A DNA stretch of 64,000 bases from Chloroflexota bacterium (GTDB taxonomy: Bacteria > Chloroflexota > UBA11872), in NCBI GenBank assembly GCA_026707285.1, contig JAPOXD010000045.1, forward strand, positions 29,384 through 93,383. Direction: 5' to 3'. Below the pieces are notes generated by a model that was not told the DNA's origin, did no database searches, and saw only the letters and a program-made list of their open reading frames with translations. This document shows, piece by piece, positions 17,220 through 26,263 of the stretch. The translations under genes were made by a program, and so were the position numbers. The first letter of the stretch is position 1; each line of letters starts with the position of its first letter.

Positions 17220-20069
17220 CTATGGGGCTGGCCCACCCGGAACGTCCGCAAATGGCTCGAGGGTCACGCTGCCGCTCGAGGAAATCCTGATGCGCAGCAC
17301 GGGGATGACGGCGACGTCGCGCCACTGGTTCGGCTGGTGTTCATGCCGCAGACGCAGCGCGAGCGTATAGCCCCCCGGTGCAAGGTCCGCCGCCGACATT
17401 GGCAGCGGCGCAAAGGCGCCGCTGTCGTTGCGCACGGACAGTTCGGGTAGCCGTGCGTCGAATCGGTAGGTGTGCGACGAAGTTGCCTTGCCTGCCGAAA
17501 GCAAGCCTCCAAACCATTTCACGATCGTCGGATGCTGGCCCTCGCGAAAAACCTCGGTCGGAATGGCCCACGGTGACCGGTCACCCTTGAGAACCACCCA
17601 GTCCTGACCGGACCACGCCTGAGGCGTGCGCTCCTCGAATAATGCGACAAACTCGATGCGTCCGTTCGCTACCGCGACCTCGGAGACCTCCATCACGATG
17701 GGCGGTGGGTCTTCCGACGGCAGAGCTGCCGGAGCCGGCATGTCCAACACCCGCGCCACTGTGTCGCTGGGCGCGTAGACGGCGATGCCATCGCCCCACC
17801 AGATCGGCGATTTCGCCGCGGGCGGGAACATCCAGGGCGTCGCGTCGATCGGCAGGACCACGACATCGGGAATCTCGTCCTTTAGGGGCTCGATGTGCCA
17901 TCGCTCGGGGCCTATCAGGTGGAGAAGCCGCGGGTCCAACTGTCCGATGAGACGGGCGTGAGACAGCGTCGACGCGACGCGGAGCGTGTTGGGATGCGTG
18001 GGTGGGACCACGAGATAGACCGTTGCCGTCGGAGGGACGGCTTCCCGCAGGGCGGCAAACGACTCGGGCGTCGGCGGAACGTCGAGACTCAGAAACGCCT
18101 GCCGCACCCGAAACAGCCGCTCGTGGCCGTCTCGGACCAGGAGCTCGAACAACCGCGGATCGGCCAGCCGCGCCTGCGCCGGTGGCGGCAGGGTAGCCAC
18201 CCACGCGTCCGTCGCATGGACATAGCCAATGCCCAACCGTCGGACGGCGAAGGGCTCGAGATAGCGGACGGCGTCTAGATACTCCGGGCCGGGGTAGTAG
18301 TTGAGGTGCGTGAGGCCGGCAATCCCCGCGTTGTTGGGGCGACCGGTGGCGAAGAGCACGTGCCAGTGCGGGGGCTCGGGAGCAAGCACGCGCGCATCCA
18401 CCGGGGTGTGGTCCCGAATGTAGTCCGCCACGCGACCGGACATTGCCGGCAGCTGATATCGCCGCATGGAAACTGTCGCGCCCTGATCGATCAGTTCCGC
18501 TTGCACCCATCGGGCGTTGGCCAATTGGACCCCATGTCCAATCGCCAGGCCGAGACTGCGGACCGGCGCCACGACCGTGGGCCACGTGACGAGAATTGCG
18601 ACAAGAGCGACGGCGAAGCGTCGACGGGTGGGCTGGAGGTCCGTGAGACGGGACGTCATGGCGAGCAGCAGCGCCACGAGCGCCAGATTGCGCGCATGAC
18701 CCGCCAAGCGGTTGATGTCCCAGGGCGCCGGTGGATAGGTCAACGCCAGCCAGGCCAGCGCGAGCAGGCCGGCCCCCGCCGCCAACGCCAGCACGAGCCG
18801 GTCCCTTCGCGCCAATGCCACGGCGGCGCCGGCGACGGCCAACGGTCCGACCCCCAGCAGTCCCACGCCGCCGGGCCGCGCATCAACGGTGCCGAGGACT
18901 TGCCAGTGCTCCGATTGCAGGCTTCGCGCCAGCTCGAATCCGGACGGTGGGGCGCCGTCCAGAATCCCCGTGTACGCGCCGCCGCCAGCGAGAATCAGCA
19001 GACCCGCCAATGCCAGACCCACGCCGGCCCGAAAGGCCGCGCCGCGCATCGAGCCGGAACGCCGACCGCGCATGACGTGCACCACGGCCAGACCGGCCCA
19101 CACGACCACCACCACCGGCACGAGCGAGGTCATGAGCAGGCCCAAGAATCCGACCAGTCCCCCCAGCGTCAACGACGCACTCCACGACCAGCGCTCCGAC
19201 CTCGCCGCGTACTCGATCACCACGAATGTCAGGGCGTAGGCCAACGTGTAGGACGGAGTCGAGATATCGGCCAAGAGATCGGTCAGGCGCACGTTCGGCG
19301 ACAGTTCAACCAATGGCCAGTAGATGTCGCCGAGCGACGCGCGGAGACCCGCCGCCGGCAGCCCGGTCGGGAGCGGGGCGTGCACGATCGCCCCTTGCGC
19401 CGGCGTCGTCCACGTCCAGAGGCCGTTGGCGAGGAGGAGCGGGGCGGCCACCAGCACGGCCACCGGCGACGCGCGCCGCAGCAGCGCCGTGATCACGATC
19501 AGCACAAAGCTCGTCCAGGCAAAAGCGCACAGCAGCTCGTTGACGAACGCCAGATCCGGGCCCACCGGCGGCGCCAGCAGTCCGCCAAGCACGTCCGGAC
19601 CATGGTGAAAGCGCAGCGGTATTCCCGGACTCCATGCCAGCTCGGGTGGAAATCCGCCCGCCCGGATCCAGGCCGCCAGGCCCAGCCGGAGTTCGGGATG
19701 GGGCACGCCCATGAGCTGGCGACTGGCCAGCGCCGCCGCCACGAGCGCCAGGACGGCAACGGCGAACCCCGCCGCGACGCGCCACCGCGGGCGGATGCGT
19801 TGGGACGCGCGCCACGAAAGCCCGGCGCCAATCGCGATGGTGATCCCCCACCCGACGGCCGCGCCGGCTAGTCCAGGCACGACGTACAGGACGAAGTTGG
19901 TAATCACGCCCCAGAGGGCAGGGCCGACCGCCAGGCCTTGCGCCAAGGCCATGCAGTCATCGCTCTGACGCAGCGCCACCCGGACCACGACGTATCCAAC
20001 CGCCGCCAGCGCCGCAAACTCCGCCACCAGGAGCACCAGACCGGGAGCGAGCCCTGGATCAACCGTCAC
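17220..20069 (-). CDS. array paralog P6 (949 aa, B-type C-terminus)
   Basis: ORF 17220..20069, GTG start ((M)TVDPGLAPG...). B-type C-terminal region (AVPPTATVYLVVPP..., PIWW, IEFVALFEE...). Confidence 0.85.
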   Translation of the reverse strand: MTVDPGLAPGLVLLVAEFAALAAVGYVVVRVALRQSDDCMALAQGLAVGPALWGVITNFVLYVVPGLAGAAVGWGITIAIGAGLSWRASQRIRPRWRVAAGFAVAVLALVAAALASRQLMGVPHPELRLGLAAWIRAGGFPPELAWSPGIPLRFHHGPDVLGGLLAPPVGPDLAFVNELLCAFAWTSFVLIVITALLRRASPVAVLVAAPLLLANGLWTWTTPAQGAIVHAPLPTGLPAAGLRASLGDIYWPLVELSPNVRLTDLLADISTPSYTLAYALTFVVIEYAARSERWSWSASLTLGGLVGFLGLLMTSLVPVVVVVWAGLAVVHVMRGRRSGSMRGAAFRAGVGLALAGLLILAGGGAYTGILDGAPPSGFELARSLQSEHWQVLGTVDARPGGVGLLGVGPLAVAGAAVALARRDRLVLALAAGAGLLALAWLALTYPPAPWDINRLAGHARNLALVALLLAMTSRLTDLQPTRRRFAVALVAILVTWPTVVAPVRSLGLAIGHGVQLANARWVQAELIDQGATVSMRRYQLPAMSGRVADYIRDHTPVDARVLAPEPPHWHVLFATGRPNNAGIAGLTHLNYYPGPEYLDAVRYLEPFAVRRLGIGYVHATDAWVATLPPPAQARLADPRLFELLVRDGHERLFRVRQAFLSLDVPPTPESFAALREAVPPTATVYLVVPPTHPNTLRVASTLSHARLIGQLDPRLLHLIGPERWHIEPLKDEIPDVVVLPIDATPWMFPPAAKSPIWWGDGIAVYAPSDTVARVLDMPAPAALPSEDPPPIVMEVSEVAVANGRIEFVALFEERTPQAWSGQDWVVLKGDRSPWAIPTEVFREGQHPTIVKWFGGLLSAGKATSSHTYRFDARLPELSVRNDSGAFAPLPMSAADLAPGGYTLALRLRHEHQPNQWRDVAVIPVLRIRISSSGSVTLEPFADVPGGPAP

Positions 20070-20236
20070 TTAGGCAGGCGCCGAACGACCGCCGTCGCTC
20101 CTCGTCACGGGCTCAATCAATTGGGCCGAGCGTTCGATCCGTCACATCCTGTCAGGTGCTGGCAGGGCTGCCGCGCACATCGTCACGCGTGAGCATCGCG
20201 CCCGCGGGCACAACAGAAACGCGGCGACGCCGAAGC

Positions 20237-23083
20237 TCACCGCCGCGCACTTCCGTCGAGCACATCGTCGAAGACGTGAAACGACACTTCGCCAGCTTCG
20301 GACACCGTGATTCGCAGCACCGGAATATAGGCCGCATCCCGCCAAGACCCCGGCCGCCACTCGTGCCGGAGACGGAGTGCCAGCGCCCAGTCGCCCGCGC
20401 CCTGCACGCTTCCCGACGACGCCGCAGCGGTGTACACGCCGTCGCGGTTGCGAATGGCCAGTTGGGGTTCACGGATATCGAATTGGTAGGTATGCGTCGT
20501 GGTCGTCGTGCTTGGCCCCAGCCAGCCACCAAACCACGCGGCGGCCTCTGGGGTGCCTCGGCCGGAACCGAAGCGCCGCGGCAGATTCCACGGGGAGTCG
20601 TCCACGGCGATCACCACCCAGTCCTGGCCCGACCACCGATTGGGCGAGTGATTGTCGAACGTTGCGTCGAAGGTGATGCGTCCATCGACGGCGCGCACGT
20701 CGGACAGGCGCACGTCAACGACCGGGGGATCGGGTCGCGGGGGTGGCGGCATGATCGGGGCGATGGACCCGTCGGGCGAATAGACGGCAATCTCGTCGCT
20801 GTGCCAGACGGGCAACCGGCCGGCGGGCGCAAATCTCCACGGACGCATTGACGCCGGCAGGACCACGAGGCCGGGCGCCTGCTCGCCAAGCGGCTCCGCC
20901 GTCCACGGCACGGGGGTCAGCGCGATTAATCCCACATGCAGAGTGCCGAGCAGCCGGGCGTGCGGAAGAACCGACGCCACGCGGAGCCCCGCAGACCATT
21001 CGAGCTGTGGAGTCAAATACACCGTCGTCCCCGGCGGGATGGAGGACCGGAGGTGCGTGAACGATCCGGGCGTGGGTGGCACGTCGAGGCTGAGAAATGC
21101 CGGTCGCACGCGAAAGAGCGTCGCCCCACCGTCGCGCAGCAGGGGCTCGAACAGGGCGGGATCCGCCAACCAGCGCCGCGCCCTCGCCGGCAGCTCGGCC
21201 ATCGACGTATCCGGCAAATGGACATAGTCCAGACCGAGCCTCCGGAACGCGGCCGGCTCAAGGAATCGCCGCGCATCGATGTCGTCGGGACCGGAGTGAA
21301 GGCCTACATGGATGACACCGGGGAACCCCTGAGCGCTGGGACGGCCGGTGGCGAGTGACATCGCCAATGGGGTGGCCGACAGTATGCGCGCGTCCGTCGC
21401 CGTTTGATCGCGAATGTACGCGGCCATGGTCTCGGTGGCGAAGGGCTCGATCACGTAGCGATCCATGGGCACCACGTTGAACTTGCTCTGCCCCTTCGCG
21501 GCATTCGCGAGCTGCGTCCCCTGTCCAACCGCCAGGCCGATGTTGCGGGCCGGCCCTACGGCCGTCGGCCAGACGACGAGCCCCACGAGCAGCGCGCCGA
21601 CGGCTGTGCGCCAGCGCGGCCGCAGCTCGGCGAGGCGCATGCTGAGCGCGAGCAGCAACGCCAGCAGCGCGAAATTACGTGCGTGCCCGTCCAATCGGAC
21701 GACATCTCCTGAGTATGAGTAGCCATACTGCACCGTGAGCCCGGCGAGCAGGAACACCATGGCGCCCGCGGCCAGCGCCAGAACCGTCCGGTCACGCCGG
21801 GCCAGCAGCACGGCGGCGGCCGCCACGACGACGGGACCAAGGCCTAGCAGGCCAAGTCCGCCTGGCTGCTGGGAGAGTTCTCCGATGGGCCGACGGCTTC
21901 CCGGGTCGGCGTGCCACCCCAGCGAGACGCCGGACGCTGCCGTATCAGTCAGGGCATGTGTGATGACGCCGCCGCCGAGGGCAACTAGGAGCGCGGCGAG
22001 CGCCGGTCCCCCGATGGCGCGCAACGCCGCGCGAGCGTGTCCGCGGCCCGCCGGCTTGGCTGCCCAGAGTGCGTCCGCCTCCAAGACCACCCATAGCGCG
22101 AGCGCGATTGGGGCGATGGACTCGTCAAAGAGCGCCAGAGAGCCGAGCAGCAGCGCCAGGAGGGCGCCGCTGGGCCGCCGGCGACCCGTGCGGGAGGCGA
22201 CCCGCTCCAGCACCACGAGCGCCAGCGCGTACCCCCCCACGAAGGACGGCTTCCAGATGTTCGGTGGCGAGCCGGCCGACCAGGAGTCCCGCCCCCAGAT
22301 TTCCCAGCTCCATGGCAGCTGAACAGCGGGCCAGTAGACCTCGGCCAGCGACGTCCGAAGCCCGTCGGAAGGGACTCCGGCCGGGACGGGGATCCGCAAG
22401 ATTTCGGGCGGCGTTGCAAAGACTAACGTCCACGCGCCGACCGTCAGCAGGAGGGGCGTCAGCACCAGACCCACCTGCCACGAGCCGCGATGGATTAGGG
22501 TCGTCACCACGATGAGCACAAAGCTTGTCCAGATGTAGGTGCCTAACAACTCCGTGGTGAACGCCAGGTCGGGGCCAATCGGCGGCGCCAGCAGGCCAAC
22601 GAGCAGGTCGAACCCATAGTGGTAGCCCACCAGCAGCGACGGATTCCAGGGCAGTTCCGGCGGGAAGATGCCCGCGCGCATGGTGGCGGCCAAACCGATA
22701 TGCAGAGGCCCCTCGGGAATCGTCACGAGCTGCCGGCTCGTGAGTGCAATCCAAGAAAGCGCCAGGACGGCAATCGCGAATCCGGCGACCGTCCGCAGCT
22801 GTGGACGGACGCGGTCGGGGGAGCGCCACGCCGCGGCGGCGCCAATGGCCACCGTGAGGCCCCAGCCAACGGCCGCGCCGGCGAGCCCCGGCACGACGTA
22901 CAACACGAAGTTCGTGATGACGACCCAGAGGCCAAGGCCGACCACCAGGCCCTGCGCCAGAGCCATGCGCTCGTCGTCCTGCCGCAGCGCCACCCTTACC
23001 ACGACGTAGCCCACCGCGGCCAACGCGATGAGTTCGGCTGCCAGCAGCAGGAAACCCGGGAGGACCGCCGGATCAACAGTCAC
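20237..23083 (-). CDS. array paralog P7 (948 aa, A-type, most divergent copy)
   Basis: ORF 20237..23122. Likely start is GTG 23083 ((M)TVDPAVLPG...) by alignment, with GGAG about 11 nt upstream. The motif set is conserved, but GYHYG replaces RYHHG and the central loops differ. Confidence 0.8.
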   Translation of the reverse strand: MTVDPAVLPGFLLLAAELIALAAVGYVVVRVALRQDDERMALAQGLVVGLGLWVVITNFVLYVVPGLAGAAVGWGLTVAIGAAAAWRSPDRVRPQLRTVAGFAIAVLALSWIALTSRQLVTIPEGPLHIGLAATMRAGIFPPELPWNPSLLVGYHYGFDLLVGLLAPPIGPDLAFTTELLGTYIWTSFVLIVVTTLIHRGSWQVGLVLTPLLLTVGAWTLVFATPPEILRIPVPAGVPSDGLRTSLAEVYWPAVQLPWSWEIWGRDSWSAGSPPNIWKPSFVGGYALALVVLERVASRTGRRRPSGALLALLLGSLALFDESIAPIALALWVVLEADALWAAKPAGRGHARAALRAIGGPALAALLVALGGGVITHALTDTAASGVSLGWHADPGSRRPIGELSQQPGGLGLLGLGPVVVAAAAVLLARRDRTVLALAAGAMVFLLAGLTVQYGYSYSGDVVRLDGHARNFALLALLLALSMRLAELRPRWRTAVGALLVGLVVWPTAVGPARNIGLAVGQGTQLANAAKGQSKFNVVPMDRYVIEPFATETMAAYIRDQTATDARILSATPLAMSLATGRPSAQGFPGVIHVGLHSGPDDIDARRFLEPAAFRRLGLDYVHLPDTSMAELPARARRWLADPALFEPLLRDGGATLFRVRPAFLSLDVPPTPGSFTHLRSSIPPGTTVYLTPQLEWSAGLRVASVLPHARLLGTLHVGLIALTPVPWTAEPLGEQAPGLVVLPASMRPWRFAPAGRLPVWHSDEIAVYSPDGSIAPIMPPPPRPDPPVVDVRLSDVRAVDGRITFDATFDNHSPNRWSGQDWVVIAVDDSPWNLPRRFGSGRGTPEAAAWFGGWLGPSTTTTTHTYQFDIREPQLAIRNRDGVYTAAASSGSVQGAGDWALALRLRHEWRPGSWRDAAYIPVLRITVSEAGEVSFHVFDDVLDGSARR

Positions 23084-23285
23084 TGAGGCAAGCTCCGCAT
23101 GAACGCCAGAGGTTTGCGCCACAGGCTCATGTCAAATCGGGAGTATATCCATGCAGTCACTTCGCCCCGTGCATCCGCGCGGGTGACCGTCGCGTCCTGC
23201 ATGGCGCCAACGCAGCCGCTGGGCGCGTCCTCACACGCGAGCATCACGCCCGTTGCGCTCAATTTGATCACGGCGACGCCAGAGT

Positions 23286-26141
23286 CTACGGGAGCGGGCT
23301 CCCGCCCAGCACATCGTCAAACACCTTGAACGTCACGGCGCCACTCTCGGCAATCCTGATCCGCACCACCGGTATCACCGCGGTGTCGCGCCAATAGTTC
23401 GGTTGGTACTCCTCCCGCAGACGGAATGCCAGGGTGTAACCGCCCGGGCCAAGGTCCGCCGCCGACATCGGCAGCGGCGCAAACGCCCCGGCGTCGTTGC
23501 GCACCGACAGCTCGGCCGTCCGCACGTCAAACCGGTAGGTGTGGGTGGAGGTCGCGCTCCCCGCCGAGAGCAGACCCCCAAACCACTTCGCAATTGTCGG
23601 CTCGTCGCCCCGGCGGAACACCTCGGTCAGAATCGCCCACGGTGATCGGTCACCTTTGAGGACCACCCAATCTTGGCCCGTCCAACCCTCCGAGGCGCGC
23701 TCCTCGAACGATGCGACGAACTCGATGCGGTCGTCCGCCACCGCCACGTCCGTCACTTCCACGAGCAGCGGCAGCGGATCGCCGGACGGCGGAGTATCTG
23801 GCGGTGGAGTGTCCATCAACCGCGGCGTCCCGCCATTTGGCGCATACACCCCGACGCCCTCACGCCACCAGATCGGCGTCCGCGCCGAAAACTCGAACAT
23901 CCAGGCAACAGCGTTGGTTGGCAACACGACGAAGTCCGGTGTCTCATCGGTCAGTGCGTCGACGTGCCATTTCGCGGGCGGTACCAGGTGGAGCTGCTGG
24001 GGGTGCAGCTTGCCGACGAGCCGGGCGTGCGACAGCGCCGACGCAACGCGGATCATCTGAACATAGGTGTGCGGGACCACCAGATACACCGTTGCCGACG
24101 GCGGCACGGCCCGCCTGAGGGCCTCGAATGACGCGGGAGCGGGCGAGAAATCGAGACTCAAGAACGCCGGGCGCACCCGGTACAGCCGCTCGGAGCCGTC
24201 GCGGACGAGCACATCGAACAAGGCCGAATCGTCCAGCCAGGCCCGCGCACGTTGCGGCAGGGTCGCTGCCCAGGCATCCGTGGCGTGGACATACTCGATG
24301 CCGAGCTGCCGGAAAGCCGCCGGCTCGAGATAGGTCACGGCGTCCAGATACTCGGGACCGATTTGGTAATTCAGGTGAGTCAGCCCGGCAAACCCGGCGT
24401 TGTTGGGACGACCGGTGGCGAAGAACACGTTCCAGTAGCGCCCTTCGGTGCCCAGCACGCGCGCATCCAGGTGGAGGTGGTCCCGGATGTAGTTCACCAC
24501 GTCGGCGGACACGCGTGGCATCTGAAATCGCCGCATGGGTACCGCCTCGCTCCGCGGTGGCAGCTCTTCATTTATCCATCTGGCGTTGGCCAACTGCACG
24601 CCATTCCCGACTGCCAGGCCGAGACTGCGGGCTGGCGCCACGACCGTGGGCCACACGACCAGAATCGCTACAAGGATGGCGGCAACACGCTGGCGTGTGG
24701 ACCGGAGATCGGCCAGACGGCTCGTGAGCGCCAGCAGCAGCGCCGCCAGCGCCAGATTGCGCGCATGCCCGGCGAAACGATTTACATCCCAGGGCGCGGG
24801 CGGATAGGTCAGCGCCATCCAAGCGAGCGCCAGTAGGCCGGCGCTCGCCGCCAACGCCAGCACCAGCCGGTCGCGTCGCGCCAGGACGACGGCCACGCCG
24901 GCGACGGCCAATGGCCCGACGCCCAGCAGACCCAGGCCGCCGGGCCGCGCGGCAAATGTGCCGAGCGCCTGCCAGTGCTCCTCGTGGAAACTTGGCGCCA
25001 GCTCGAAACCGGACGACGGCGCGCCACCGAGGAGCCTCGCAAACGCGCCGCCGCCAGCGAGGACCAGCACCGCCGCCAGCGCCAGACCGGCGCCAGCTCG
25101 GAGCGCGTCGCTCACCGCCGAGCTAGATCGCCTGGCTCGCATGACCTGCCAGCCGGACAAGGCCGCCCACACGACCCCAGCCACTGGAACGATCGTAGGT
25201 GACACCAGGCTCAGGAAGCCGACCAGTCCCGCCAGCGTGATGGCGGCAGTCCATGCCGCGCGTTCCGAGCGAGCGGCGCGCTCCAACACGACAAACGTCA
25301 GCGCGTAGCCCAGCGGGAAGTGTGGCTTCCAGATATCCGGCAAGAGGTCGGTTACCGGCGGCGTCACGTTCGACGACAGCGCAACCGTCGGCCAGTAGAT
25401 GTCGCCGACTGCCGCCCGCAGTCCCGCCTCCGGCAGCCCGGACGGAACGGGCAGCAGCAACACGCCGGGCGAAGCGATAGTGAAGGTCCAAAGACCGCTG
25501 CTGAGCAGGAGCGGGGCGGCGACGAGCACGCTGACGAGCGACGCCCGCTGCAGCAACGCCGTCGTCACGATTAGCACGAGACTTGTCCAGCAGTAGGCGC
25601 CAAGAATCTCCGTCACAAATGCCGGATCAGGCCCAACCGGGGGCGTCAACAGTCCGACCAGGTGGGAAACACCGTGGTGGTAGGGCGATGGCGTCCCTGG
25701 ACCCCAGAACAGCTCTGGCGGATAGGCGCCCTCGCGGAGCGAGACCGCCACCCCCAATTGCGTCTGCGGATCCGGGATCCAATGGAGTTGGCGGCTGGCA
25801 AGCCCGGCCCATAGGAGCGCCACCACAGCCACCGCAAATCCCGCCGCCACGCGCGGCCGCGGCCCAACGAGTTTCGGCGCGCACCAGGCCAGCACCGCGC
25901 CCAGGGTCAGCACCACGCCCCAACCGACGGCCGCCCCCGCAAGGCCGGGAACGGCGTACATCACGAAGTTGGTGATCAGTCCCCAGAGCGCCGGGCCGAC
26001 CACCAAGCCCTGCGCCAAGGCCATGCGCTCGTCGTCCTGACGCAGGGCCACCCGCACGATGACGTAACCCACGGCGGCCAGCGCGGCCAGCTCCGCCGCC
26101 AGCAGCAGCAGGCCCGGAACTACTGCTGGGTCAAGGGTCAT
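23286..26141 (-). CDS. array paralog P8 (951 aa, B-type C-terminus)
   Basis: ORF 23286..26168. Start moved to ATG 26141 (MTLDPAVVPG...). B-type C-terminal region (AVPPSATVYLVVPH..., PIWW, IEFVASFEE...). Confidence 0.85.
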   Translation of the reverse strand: MTLDPAVVPGLLLLAAELAALAAVGYVIVRVALRQDDERMALAQGLVVGPALWGLITNFVMYAVPGLAGAAVGWGVVLTLGAVLAWCAPKLVGPRPRVAAGFAVAVVALLWAGLASRQLHWIPDPQTQLGVAVSLREGAYPPELFWGPGTPSPYHHGVSHLVGLLTPPVGPDPAFVTEILGAYCWTSLVLIVTTALLQRASLVSVLVAAPLLLSSGLWTFTIASPGVLLLPVPSGLPEAGLRAAVGDIYWPTVALSSNVTPPVTDLLPDIWKPHFPLGYALTFVVLERAARSERAAWTAAITLAGLVGFLSLVSPTIVPVAGVVWAALSGWQVMRARRSSSAVSDALRAGAGLALAAVLVLAGGGAFARLLGGAPSSGFELAPSFHEEHWQALGTFAARPGGLGLLGVGPLAVAGVAVVLARRDRLVLALAASAGLLALAWMALTYPPAPWDVNRFAGHARNLALAALLLALTSRLADLRSTRQRVAAILVAILVVWPTVVAPARSLGLAVGNGVQLANARWINEELPPRSEAVPMRRFQMPRVSADVVNYIRDHLHLDARVLGTEGRYWNVFFATGRPNNAGFAGLTHLNYQIGPEYLDAVTYLEPAAFRQLGIEYVHATDAWAATLPQRARAWLDDSALFDVLVRDGSERLYRVRPAFLSLDFSPAPASFEALRRAVPPSATVYLVVPHTYVQMIRVASALSHARLVGKLHPQQLHLVPPAKWHVDALTDETPDFVVLPTNAVAWMFEFSARTPIWWREGVGVYAPNGGTPRLMDTPPPDTPPSGDPLPLLVEVTDVAVADDRIEFVASFEERASEGWTGQDWVVLKGDRSPWAILTEVFRRGDEPTIAKWFGGLLSAGSATSTHTYRFDVRTAELSVRNDAGAFAPLPMSAADLGPGGYTLAFRLREEYQPNYWRDTAVIPVVRIRIAESGAVTFKVFDDVLGGSPLP

Positions 26142-26263
26142 CGGCCCAGCCTCGGCGCCACGGTCCAACCATTTCGAGCCTTAAGCTCTTCCCGGCGCGG
26201 TCGTTGTCACGCGGGAGCGTGGCGCCAATCTTGCCCGAGTCACACACGGACAGTTTTGCAGGC

